Shown: one piece after another, positions 12,350 to 25,099 of the stretch | Layout of the letters: every line of letters starts with the position of its first letter | How positions within the stretch are numbered: position 1 is the stretch's first letter | Origin: Octopus sinensis | Lineage: Eukaryota | DNA: 64,000 bases | Reading direction: 5' to 3' | Assembly (NCBI RefSeq): GCF_006345805.1 | Contig: NC_043006.1 | Location: forward strand, 80,972,001-81,036,000 | Made by a program: the position numbers and the translations under genes | The notes under the pieces: generated by a model | The model's input: the letters and a program-made list of their open reading frames with translations, nothing else | The model's database searches: none | What the model was told of the DNA's origin: nothing

Positions 12350-13479
12350 TATTACTTTAAAGTTTCGATTTCTTTATTACTTTTATATCTTAAAGTACGT
12401 CTTTTTACTATAATTTTAAGTATCTTTTAATTATTTACCTATCTTTAATTTTCAATTTCTCTCATTGCTATAATTTTGTATCTCTACTTAGTTGTAGCAG
12501 ATAAGTCTTATTTCCATGCAATGGATTCCAGTCACAGTTTAACCCATATTCCACTATCTTTCAAAATATTCCTCTATTAATGTTATGGTATTTAGTAACG
12601 GTTGGCCAGCTTTCTTCCTTTCTTTTTTCTATCTTTCTTTCTTTCTTTTTTCTTTCTTTTGTCTTTTCGTCTCTCCCCTATCCCTTACTTTCTTGTTGAC
12701 TTTGATAATTTAGTGGGTTGACCTGACCACAAATCATTTTGTAACACTGACCAATAGACATTAAACAACTCTTTAATAGATAAACATAGACTAATGAAGC
12801 CGCACCCTGCTCTCTTGTGAGAAGTAAAGATAAATGTGTCATTGGATAAGTGTTATTCCTTCACCCGCCTAAAAATTCTGCTAACTTCTAAATTCATCTA
12901 ATAAAAACAGTTTCCTTACAATGATATAATGTTTTCATTAATCAGTTAAAAGTGTCATTAGAAACGGCCGTAATGGATTGACACATGTACCTCTACTGTT
13001 ACCTATTTATATTTTCTTCGCCTTTATCGAAATCTGCTCTTCGTAAATATCATGGATCGTATATTTAATATGATGTACATATCTGAATAGCTCAAGAGCG
13101 GATTTCGTCACTCATCTGGTTCGAATTGTCTACAAAAACTGCAAGGATACCATTCGGCCGGTACTTATGCACCAAGTGTGATATTTACATAATATTGTTG
13201 TATAAAATTACATAATATTATTCCGACCCAACGAGCTGCCTTCGTTTAACATATTTGCAATTTTATTGATTCAGTGAAAAGATTTTTCCTGTTCTACTAG
13301 AAGGGATAGATAATCATACATTTCATACAAGAGAAAACGAGAAATCATAACGAACGATTCTTTCTTTTAAACTGATAAATGTAAGCGAACTTAGTGAAAT
13401 GAAAGGTCAGAACAACCGACATTTCTTGGCTCGCTTGAAACTCCCATTTCATCATGATGCTGAGCTTGTTTATTAACAC

Positions 13480-13750
13480 ACTAAAAGGGTAAAGTTCCCT
13501 CCGAGGCACAAGTAAGAGCAAGGCTGTTTATGGAAGACCAACAGTCGCTCATTCATACCACCCCCTCTCAATGGCACCGATATTAACCAAGGGAAATGCC
13601 GATACAGTTTTGCACCAGTAGCGTTGTAACACAGTTCTGGATCAACGTGAAATAAAGTGTCTTGTTCAAGAGCACAGCCTTGCCTGGGAATGGAACTCAC
13701 TAACTCATGATTGTCAGACCGACGCTCTAGCCATTGGGCAATGCACCCTG
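13480..13750 (-). mobile_element. S4-type SINE with tail D, diverged
   Basis: Homologous to 18280-18630 (ttatggaagaccaacag, caagggaaatgccgatacag, caacgtgaaataaagtgtcttg). Confidence 0.75.
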
Positions 13751-14874
13751 ACGTTCAAACACTGTGTGGTGAATTAATCGATTAGGATGTACCATTATCA
13801 TCCCCCATACTAACATATCTGTCATTACTTACACTCATCATATTCTTATTTTATTTTCACATTTTCATATCTCTATTCAACATGGTCAACAGCATGGAGA
13901 ATTGGAAAACCTCCCGAACATCCTACAGACCTCTGTCTACTCTAAAAGGCTATAGCAAATCATATTTATAACTTAGCTTAGGCATACTAAAGTAATTTCT
14001 ATAAAAAGTATATATTGGTGGTCTGGGCGCTAATGTTGGTGGGGATTTATCTATATAAACAAACGTGAATTTTTCATCAAATACCTATATAAGAGTTTCT
14101 CTTATGGCATCTGCCGCCGTAAAGTTTATTCTAGAACATCCACGTTGATGCGGGAATAAATATTACCAGCGATTAACCGCAAGAATCTATCTGTTACTTC
14201 ATTATTATACTGTTCTCAGTAATTGTATTACAGTAATGCTGGGGCCGGGCCTTTTAGATTGATATGGGAATTACACACTCTCGAGTACATATTCAGTCAG
14301 AGACCTTCTTTTATCAAGTACTATCTTATCGTAAAGTTTCAGATATGGAACAAAAAGGAATACAGCCTAAAACAGAAAAATAGGTTGTTCTATATAGCGG
14401 TGGCGCAGATGTCAACATAGGCACAATCATATTTACAGATGTGTGTGTACATACATACATACATACATACATACATACATACATACATACATACATACAT
14501 ACATACATACATAGGTCCAGCGTTGTTAACATAAAGATGAGGATCAGTGAAAAAGAGAACCCCTAGGCTGAACTATTGAGAAATCTACAGTTACTCTATC
14601 CAGATTAGAAGTTCAGGTTTTAGCCTATAATTATTGGGGCCCTGGGATATGTAACACTGCCTAAATACCAATCTTGAGAAATTACGCTTCTCAAAACCAG
14701 AAAGGAGAAAGCTAATTTGATGGCTACAGATCCAATTCATCACTGGAACTGAAAGAATCTGTAAAATTTTCCAGAAGTTTATCATTTAAATGTAAATCTA
14801 TGCATGAGAATACATGCATAAAACATACAAATCTACACGTACATACATAATATATACATACATAATACATACAA

Positions 14875-14943
<69 letters not shown>

Positions 14944-14959
14944 TACATACATACATACA

Positions 14960-14993
<34 letters not shown>

Positions 14994-15113
14994 CATACAT
15001 ACTTACATGCATACGTATCCTGTTGTTGATGTTGAAATTCCAATGAAGTAACCTTCGATCTAGGTTAGAAACCGGTTCTTTCTCTATTGGCAATATATCT
15101 TGAAATAAACTGA

Positions 15114-15243
15114 ACTAGAAAAGCACTCGGAGAGCTCAGACCTCCGCCAAGCAACTCATTTCCACCCATATACACGCATACTGAAAATCGCCCAATTTCC
15201 CAAACCAACGCCGGCAAAAACATAACCTTCTTGGCGGGGTTAA
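15114..15243 (+). mobile_element. Short Helentron-associated (HINE/DINE-like) non-autonomous element; duplicate at ~16733-16862
   Basis: actagaaaagcactcggagag..cctccgccaag ... aaaacataaccttcttggcggggttaa, with subterminal inverted repeat cctccgccaag/cttggcgg. Confidence 0.6.
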
Positions 15244-15270
15244 AAAAATAACACAGCCATATGATTTTAA

Positions 15271-15561
15271 GTGGAGGCGCAATGGCCCAGTGGTTAGGAC
15301 ACCGGACTCGCGGTTCCGATTTCCAGACCGGGCGTTGCTTGTGTTTATTGAGCGAAAACACCTAAAGCTCCACGAGGCTACGGCAGAGGGTGGTGGTGAC
15401 CCTTGTTGTACTCTTTCACCGCAACTTTCTCTCACTCTTTCTTCCTGTTTCTTGAGTAACGCTGCGATAGACTGGCGTCTCGTCCAGCTGTGGGAAACAC
15501 ATACGTCACAGAAACCGGGAAACCAGGTCCATGAGCCTGGCTAGGCTTGAAGAGGGCGCAT
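15271..15561 (+). mobile_element. SINE S2, tail A, with 12-bp TSD; duplicate at ~16890-17180
   Basis: TSD atatgattttaa at 15259-15270 and 15573-15584. Confidence 0.92.
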
Positions 15562-15864
15562 ACATAAATGAAATATGATTTTAAATTTAAAAGAAAAAAA
15601 TTTAAAAACAGGAATCATATGAAGCAGTTATAATACATTATTGACAACAGTAAGCTAGTTTCACCATACAACTAACAAGAAACAACAATTACCTTGAGTG
15701 ATACATACATACAAAGCGAGTAAAATTACTAATAGAGAAACGAAAATAAACTTTGGAAACAGCAACGCCACATTGGTTACGTTGAAACGATGAACGTGTT
15801 TTCAGGGAGATAATCTAAGAGCGTAACATTGTAATACTTCATATAAAGTGAATATAACAAATGA

Positions 15865-16052
15865 AAAATCCTTCAAGAATCCATAAAAGTTCCCGGATCA
15901 CTACCAAAATTTCGTCATGTTTTCCTTGTGTCAGTACCTACTTTTCCTGCAAGTTTAATCAAATACCGTTCACAACGTTTTGAGTTATTTTGCACGCAGA
16001 CGGACAAACCAGCGCCGATGAAAACATAACCTCCTTCTTTGGCGGAGGTAAT
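15865..16052 (+). mobile_element. 3' part of HINE/DINE-like element; duplicate at ~17484-17671
   Basis: ...ttttgagttattttgcac..gacggacaaacc..gaaaacataacctccttctttggcggaggtaat; terminal stem acctcc/ggaggt. Confidence 0.6.
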
Positions 16053-16529
16053 AATGACATACATACATACATACATACATACATACATACATACATACAT
16101 GCATACATACATACATACATACATACATACATACATACATACATACATACATACATACATACATACATAGGTCCAGCGTTGTTAACTTAAAGATGAGGAT
16201 CAGTGAAAAGAGAACCCCTAGGCTGAACTATTGAGAAATCTACAGTTACTCTATCCAGATTAGAAGTTCAGGTTTTAGCCTATAATTATTGGGGCCCTGG
16301 GATATGTAACACTGCCTAAATACCAATCTTGAGAAATTACGCTTCTCAAAACCAGAAAGGAGAAAGCTAATTTGATGGCTACAGATCCAATTCATCACTG
16401 GAACTGAAAGAATCTGTAAAATTTTCCAGAAGTTTATCATTTAAATGTAAATCTATGCATGAGAATACATGCATAAAACATACAAATCTACACGTACATA
16501 CATAATATATACATACATAATACATACAA

Positions 16530-16564
<35 letters not shown>

Positions 16565-18279
16565 CATACATACATACATACATACATACATACATACATA
16601 CATACATACATACATACATACTTACATGCATACGTATCCTGTTGTTGATGTTGAAATTCCAATGAAGTAACCTTCGATCTAGGTTAGAAACGGGTTCTTT
16701 CTCTATTGGCAATATATCTTGAAATAAAATGAACTAGAAAAGCACTCGGAGAGCTCAGACCTCCGCCAAGCAACTCATTTCCACCCATATACACGCATAC
16801 TGAAAATCGCCCAATTTCCCAAACCAACGCCGGCAAAAACATAACCTTCTTGGCGGGGTTAAAAAAATAACACAGCCATATGATTTTAAGTGGAGGCGCA
16901 ATGGCCCAGTGGTTAGGACACCGGACTCGCGGTTCCGATTTCCAGACCGGGCGTTGCTTGTGTTTATTGAGCGAAAACACCTAAAGCTCCACGAGGCTAC
17001 GGCAGAGGGTGGTGGTGACCCTTGTTGTACTCTTTCACCGCAACTTTCTCTCACTCTTTCTTCCTGTTTCTTGAGTAACGCTGCGATAGACTGGCGTCTC
17101 GTCCAGCTGTGGGAAACACATACGTCACAGAAACCGGGAAACCAGGTCCATGAGCCTGGCTAGGCTTGAAGAGGGCGCATACATAAATGAAATATGATTT
17201 TAAATTTAAAAGAAAAAAATTTAAAAACAGGAATCATATGAAGCAGTTATAATACATTATTGACAACAGTAAGCTAGTTTCACCATACAACTAACAAGAA
17301 ACAACAATTACCTTGAGTGATACATACATACAAAGCGAGTAAAATTACTAATAGAGAAACGAAAATAAACTTTGGAAACAGCAACGCCACACTGGTTACG
17401 TTGAAACGATGAACGTGTTTTCAGGGAGATAATCTAAGAGCGTAACATTGTAATACTTCATATAAAGTGAATATAACAAATGAAAAATCCTTCAAGAATC
17501 CATAAAAATTCCCGGATCACTACCAACATTTCGTCATGTTTTCCTTGTGTCAGTACCTACTTTTCCTGCAAGTTTAATCAAATACCGTTCACAACGTTTT
17601 GAGTTATTTTGCACGCAGACGGACAAACCAGCGCCGATGAAAACATAACCTCCTTCTTTGGCGGAGGTAATAATGACATACATACATACATACATACATA
17701 CATACATACATGCATACATACATACATACATACATACATACATACATACATACATACATACATACATACATACATACATACATACATAGAAAAGGTTGTC
17801 GAAAGCACACACACATTAAGGAAAAAGAAACTTCTTCCAAAAAAGATTAGTAACATCTTGATAAAAGATTTTATAACTTCTTAAAAATTTTATTTTTTGA
17901 ATCCCCTTTACACTTAAAAACTGTATCAAGTAATGTTTCACAAAGACTTTCATATATGCTTTACGGTTTAGTTTCTTGGAGAAGAGGAGGGTGTGAAATG
18001 AGAGAGAAAGAAAAAAGGAAAAGAGAGAGAGAGAAAGAGATTGATGAAATATAATTATATAGCCAGCCGATGCATTATGCTGTCACTCATTTAGGTAGTG
18101 GATGTGAGAGGTGGAGTGAAAGAGAGAAATATTAAGAAGATAGATGCATGCATACATGGATGTATGTATACCAGTATGTCTTCTCATTCCAAATTTTGCT
18201 TCAACCTTCTCCTTTTTTCTTATGCTTTCTCATGTACCAGCGCCTTTATTTTCAAACAAAAACAAACTACTTAGAGGCA

Positions 18280-18630
18280 CATCTGGGATCTGGGACCCCC
18301 TTCGGTCACGACACTGACCATGGGATTGCACCTAGAAAGTTACCCTCCTAGTAACAAGTCTGGGCAAGGTGGTTTATGGAAGACCAGCAGACGCCCATGC
18401 ATACCGGCCTCCCCTCTCCACGCCACCAGTGTTATCCAAGGGAAAGGCAAAGGGGCCGATACAGCTTGGCACCTGTGACGTCGCAACTCATTTCTACAGC
18501 TGAGTTAACTGGAGCAACGTGAAATAAAGTGTCTTGCTCAAGAACACAAAACGCAGCCCGGTCCGGGATTCGAGCTCACAACCTCACGAGCGTAAGCTCG
18601 ACGCTCTAACCACTGAGCCATGCGCCTTCA
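18280..18630 (-). mobile_element. S4-type SINE with tail D
   Basis: Head gaaggcgcatggctcagtggttagagcg...ctcgaatcccgg; core ttcttgagcaagacactttatttcacgttgctccagt. Confidence 0.88.
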
Positions 18631-19324
18631 CAAGGCACGTTATAAAAACCTACCTAACTACGTGTCTTAATGGCAAGAAACTATTAATGGCTCTTAATTT
18701 ACTATAGCGTACATTAACTTATATATATATTCTAGTAATTCTGCACAGTTTCTATCAGCGAAATTCATTCACAATACATTGATCAATACAAGTCTATAGT
18801 TCAGCCATTTTAGGAAGGTTTCGTACAGAGAGATCGAAACTATCGAAACTAGAAGTAAATGCGTGGGAAATAAAATTCCCCAACACGGACATATCTACGA
18901 TATGTGTGGTTATCTTTTGTCGTGCTTTTGATAGTTATACTGCATTGCAACAATGATGCAAGATTTCTCTGATGCATTCAGAGTTTTAAATCAATAACTT
19001 TTGTTTTTAGCATTAGTAACGGCTTCAACCGTACGTAATATGGTTATTACATACCGGAAATCATTCAATGTTTCCGTAGTTGCCTTAGCGTATACATGGT
19101 TTCTATTTCTGCTAGAGCCAACGAGAAACAATCCTTCTCTCAAATCATAACCCAATGTCTTAACTACGGAAAAAGGTGCATTGGAAAAGGAAATGTTCCT
19201 AATATAAAACCCTACAAAGTGATCGCAGCTGAAATGCTTTTGTTCATAGGTTTCCTGAATAAGAGCTGACCTTAGGCGAAACATCAACAGCAACAACAAT
19301 AGCAGCGGGGGAGGCAGCAACAGC

Positions 19325-19368
19325 AGAAGAGAAAAGAAGAAAAGAAAGAAGACGAGAAAGAAGAAGGA

Positions 19369-19415
<47 letters not shown>

Positions 19416-19803
19416 AGAAGAAGAGGAAGAAGAAGAAGAAGAAAAAAAGAAGAGACAGAAGAAGAAGAAAAAAAGAAGAGAAAGAAGAAGAAGAAGAAGA
19501 AGAAGAAGAAAAGAAAGAAAACGAGATAGAAGAAGGAGGAGAAGAAGAAGAAGAAGAAGAAGAAGAGAAAGAAGAGAAAGAAGAAGAAGAAGACGAATAA
19601 GAGAAAGAAGAAGAAGAAGACGAATAAGAGAAAGAAGATGAAGAGAAAGAAGAAGAAGAGAAAGAAAAAGAAGAGAAAGAAGAAGAAGAAGACGAAGAAG
19701 AGGAAGGAGAAAAGAAAGTAGAAGAAGAAGAAGAAGGAGAAGAAGAAGAAGGAGAAGAAGAAGAAGGAGAAGAAGAAGAAGGAGAAGAAGAAGAAGAAGA
19801 AGA
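19325..19803. repeat. ~480-bp imperfect (GAA)n polypurine tract
   Basis: Direct sequence; almost purely A/G, with rare C/T interruptions. Confidence 0.97.
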
Positions 19804-20271
19804 AATGATTCTACTTATATTTATATCTAGCGATTGCTTTACTTCCTATTTGTATAAGATAGGATAATCTATCTTTAATAACTCTCAATAGGAACCCTTG
19901 AGAATAATAAAACGTTGTAATATTCGTTGCTTACTTAGCCTTGAGGTCAGCTCCGTTCGGATAGGTCTGTTATCAAAGACGCTTCAGGCAAGGCTAACAC
20001 ATCTTTTATTTATGATCAAACATAATTATATAAGTCACTAATGTATGTTGCCGTGTGTACGCGCACGCGCGCATGTATACAGACATACACCAAAATCGTA
20101 ATACATTGATATGGTGTTTACTACATCTTTTCAGGTGATATCCGATTCTGAATATTATTGGGATATGAACAGCATACGGACGTACGGCTTGAATATCATT
20201 TAAAATTTTGGGATGGTTACCTTGCTGCCAGACACAGGCGTAGGTTATTTATTTTCCATCTCTTTCTCTTT

Positions 20272-20470
20272 TCTCTTTTACTTGTTTCTGTCATTTGACT
20301 GTGGCCATGTTGGAGCACTGCCTTTAGTCGAACAAATCGACACCACGACTTATTCTTTGTAAGCCTAGTACTTATTCTATCGGATCTCTTTTGCCGAACC
20401 GCTAAGTTACGGGGACGTAAACACACCAGGATCTGTTGTCAAGCGATGTTGGGAGGACAAACACAAACAC
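20272..20470 (-). mobile_element. S3 SINE 3' half
   Basis: Homology to the S3 tail. Confidence 0.85.
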
Positions 20471-21009
20471 ACATTTCTTGCAATGCCATGTCGTTGTTCT
20501 CCTAAACATGAGCAGCACGGATGTGGCTGTTGAGTTCTTGTACAAGCATACACTCTTTTACAAAGATGTGGTAACGATGTCATGGGACTTAGCGCCCACA
20601 CTAAAATATGCCTTCAATCCCTCATGAAATTTATCAGTCACAGTCGTATATACTACCCAAAGCATGATATAGGTGTTAATAGAGATATTAAGAATCAAGT
20701 GGTTTAAGCTGTTTCAGGAGAGGTAAGATCGTGGAAAATACCACTTTACATACATACATACATACATACTTATGAGAAATTACTTAAAGCAAAACACAAA
20801 TCTGCACATATACATAGATACATACATACATACACACACATACATATATGCATACATGCATACATACATACATACATACATACAAAAATACTCTGTTGTT
20901 GATGTTGAAATTCCAATGATGGAGCCTTGAATCTAGGTTAGAAACCGGCTCTTTCTCTGTTGGTAAGAAATCGAAATAAAACTGAACAATGACATACACA
21001 CATGAAGAT

Positions 21010-21043
<34 letters not shown>

Positions 21044-21807
21044 GCACGCACACACACATGTGCACATATGTATTTACAAGATCGATGGCATCAACTAATC
21101 TGCTCTCGTCATGGTTATTGGCCTTGTTTCTCTATCAGAAACCATTATAACAACTGGTTTCGTGTATAGATTGAATTGTTGGTGCGTCGGAAAAGTGTCC
21201 GTTCCTGCTTTTTACGTCAAGAGATCAACTTTGCTTTTCATCCTTTCAATGTGTATAAAACCCAGCAATCAGGTAATGTAATCGACGTAATCGACTACAA
21301 CCTTGTCCTCGAAATAACTGCACGTTAGCCTCAATCAGAAAACGTTACAGTAATCCATCCCCATATCGCGTTTCCCCCATCGCGGTTTATTATTTAAGTT
21401 TGCGTCGAGTCCTCCATGGTGTTGCTTTGCATTTATAATAAAACAAATATATACAAATTATAAAAATGACGAAAAAATATGCAGTACAGTACTGTTTCTA
21501 CTTCTCGGATTTTCACCTATAGCGGGGTTTTTGGTACGTAACACCACGATTTACTGTATAAATATTATGACTTTTACGTGAATATGGGAAAATGGAACAG
21601 GCGGGCTAAGACGAGAGAGGGAGAAACACGAGGGACAGAAAGTCGTTGAAGAGATGACAGAATGTGTGACGAAATATCTCTGACAAATGAACTAATAAAA
21701 ATTGTAAAGCTAAAATGAAGATGAAATAAATAGTGCATGTGTTTAATTGATAAAAAGATGACCATCTCCAGATATAACAATATTATGAATATGCGTGTTG
21801 TCGATAT

Positions 21808-22015
21808 GGTGGCGAGCTGACAGAATCTTTAGCACGCCGGTCAAAATGCTTAGCGGCATTTCGTCCATCCTTACTTTCTCAGTTCAAATTCCGCTGAGAT
21901 CGATTTTAGTTTTCATCCTCTCGGGATTGGTAAAATAGCTACTACTGGGATTGATGTAATCAACTTAGCCACTTCCCCTAAAATTTCCGGTATTGCACCT
22001 ATATTACAAATGATT
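21808..22015 (+). mobile_element. S1b SINE, diverged
   Basis: ggtggcgagctgacagaa A-box, cagttcaaattcc B-box, degenerate core. Confidence 0.8.
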
Positions 22016-25000
22016 TAGGGAAGCATGTTGGTTTCACAGAATGTCGCGTAACATGAATGCTAGAATTTATTTCGTTGTTTTACGGTGTGTGTTCGAACAG
22101 CGCCGAGGATCACTTTGTCTATCATCTTTCCAAGTCGATAAAATAGAGCACCTATAAAACATATGAATTAATATTTATCGACTAGTCCCTCCTCACAGAT
22201 TTTTGGCTTTGTATCTTATGGTAGAAGTTCCTCATTTATTTAACTGAATATAGCTTTCAATGATACCGAAAGAGCTACAAGAGGAGGAATAAGAGAAAAG
22301 GAAAATGTTGAATGGTATTTTATGTCTTTTTTATGGAATAATCTGCTAATGAATTCCTCCTCCAATTCTGCTTTCCTCTCTGAATTTTGCTGTAACTACT
22401 AGCTATAAATATATTCTCATTTTTCCGCAGCATATAAAACCAATTTTGTGTTGCTGATTAGATTCACAACAACTATTTGTATATAAAATTACTAAATATC
22501 ACTTCCGGGTCGTGTTAATTTGAAGTACACATAATAATGATATTTATGTTAGTTGCTACTTGTGGTGGCGTGGCTGTTTGTAGTGGAGGAGTTGGTGTTG
22601 TTTCAGCTGAGGAGGTTGCTGTTTGCGGTGGAGGCGATGCTGTTGGGGTAGATAATGTAACAAGAATAAATAATATGAAAACTTGGTCCTGTTATTTTTG
22701 CAACTGATTTTGCTGCCAGCAAATTGTTGGGTGTTGCCGACAACTCCGCATTTCAATAAGTATAGATCAACGATTAGGTCACTGGTTCTTTCTTTTATCT
22801 TTTCTCAATTATCATTTGATAAAAGAAGTCTACTGTTAATACCTGAATAAAATAGATGAGATACATTAGCAGAAGTGTTTTATTCTTCAACATTTTCCTG
22901 TTTGAAATACGCTCTAATTGTTAGTTCTTTAAACATCGGAAAACTGTAACCGGTCAAGTAGAAAGTGGAATAATTTGTTAATCGAAAGCCCCGAGAGTTT
23001 GTATAACTGTTACTGTCTAGATATATTTGTAGTCATAGTATTTCATTGTGAACGTGCGTGGCAAATACTTGGGGGTATTCAACTCATGATCATAAGATCA
23101 TGCAGACATTCGTTCGACTATTGATCTGGGCATCATGTTGTGTGCCTCAACAGTTTTAGACAGACTCTCAGCTCAATGTACTCTTTGATATAATTTAAAT
23201 TTGCAGATCAGCATCGAAGCTATATTTTATATAGGGCGTTTAGTCAGGGTGGACACGGTAGAAACTAAACACCTTTATTTTTCAGTATTTCTAAGACTAG
23301 GAAAACAAGATATGTATTCTCAAACTGGGGATCCAGTCAAGCACTGCATAAAGAGTGAACACCAATAGGTAATGGTGTGGAATCGAGTAACGATTATTTT
23401 TATGAAATATCAATTAGAATAAACTATTATGATGTTTATTTGTGTACTCTTATAAATCTTATAATTTCATAAATATTTTCGTAAAATAGTAATCAATTTA
23501 GAAGTCCCAAATGTTTTCATCGATAATAAAAAACCAGCAAGAGAGCACTTTAAAATAAAGTAAATAGGGTTTAAAAAACATCAGAATCAGTAAGTATCGT
23601 ATATAGTCCTGTTTTACATATCTATTTTCCAAAGATGTTTTTATCAAAATTAGGACATATAGGAAACAAATCTTGTATTCAGAATTGAACCAATTTTCAT
23701 TTAGACATACCCCCGGGGTCCAGTCAGACAGATATTACAATCTCATGAATAATTTCACAGTTGAATAATAAAAAAAATTAATTTGATTTTTGACGTAAAT
23801 GTCTCTGGATAATGATATCATTAATAATATATGTCAAGGCAAAAATATATTTGACAAATTTATTTTGATCCTGTGGAATTAAGTTAGCTTTTACTACATG
23901 AACTCTTCTATCATTTGGACCATGAACAAAATGACACGCCTAAATAGTTCCAGTCACGTCTCACACCAGACAATACGCTTACATTAAAAAAAAAAACTAA
24001 CATGTAATCTTTTCAGCAAAAGGATAATTGAAACGATAATTAAAATTTTGAGAGGACGATCTGTTTTAATGAGATGACAAATAAATGTCACCTTGCATTT
24101 GAAAGAAAAATATAGGCTTGAATGAATTTGGTTCAAGAATCCTGAACAATGCCAGACTTCTTAAACAGTTGCTCCGACATCATTCTGATTTAAGTTCTTA
24201 AAGATATCCATTAATAACGCAGTGACTGAGAAGATAGACCAAACATAGTATAGCTGTTAGCAGCGTCTGCTGTTTCTAAAAAGTTTTTTTCATTACTATA
24301 GAAGTGGATAATGGACTGTCTTGAAATTGTATAGGTTTGATCACAGGAATTAATGTCTCATCCCAAGTCATTAATGAAATGATAAATATTTTAACTGGAA
24401 TGTGCGAATATATACTGTTGAAAAGAATTTTATATATGTAGTTAGTAATTACCCTTTATCAGAGATAAAAATGTCTGAGATGAGACACTGATTTGATTAA
24501 ATATGTTTTTAATCAAAAGATTGATTTTAAGAATAAGTTTTATAGTATTATGAGCTGGGGTAGTTGTGTCAATTAACTTCTAAGACGACAACACGATCCT
24601 AAAATGTGTTCTCTGCCTGATGCCAGCATTGTATTTATGCTTGATGGGACATCAAACAGAATTCAATGAAAAAATGAGTTTGAGCACTGCAATACTGATT
24701 GAAGGGGTGTACTTATACACAGTGAGGAATGGGGTGTTTGAAATTGTATACATACATATATACATACATACATACATACATACTTACTTACATACATACA
24801 TACATACATACATACTTACTTACTTCAAGATCGCTTATAGCTAAACTAGTGTTTCAATGCTGTTGACTGCGTTTTACTTATAACTACAGCTTTAAAATCT
24901 AACCAGAGTATTTCTTACTTCGGCATTTCTCACTTTGTCACGTCGATATTTTTCACCGATGTCGGCTCAAGAGCCCGAAACGCATCTGGAAATCCGGTAG

Positions 25001-25099
25001 AGAGCGGCAGTGGGCAGATATGGTGATTTACACCTCTTACCATAAGGGAGAATATTTTATCCACAGCAGCTTAAGGGAATTGCTGTCCTAGATGCTTTT

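Larger units (their letters stand above)
14514..17675 (+). repeat. Tandem duplication of ~1.5 kb unit (14514-16056 and 16170-17675), bounded by (TACA)n tracts
   Basis: Near-identical copies; the ORF track is duplicated at offsets of 1655 and 1619. (TACA)n tracts at 14448-14513, 16057-16169 and 17676-17788. Confidence 0.97.

Noticed and set aside
18991-19320. 109-aa minus ORF with a Leu-rich start and possible splice sites (cag|gaa, ccg|gtatgt)
   Set aside because: The Leu run derives from CTG/TTG repeats, no family is recognised, ORFs this long are expected by chance, and the phase does not join the 36634 exon. Not fully excluded.
22540-22760. Pro/Thr-rich minus-strand frame (LVTLSTPTASPPPQTATSS...)
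   Set aside because: No start codon or good acceptor; explained by decayed trinucleotide repeats.
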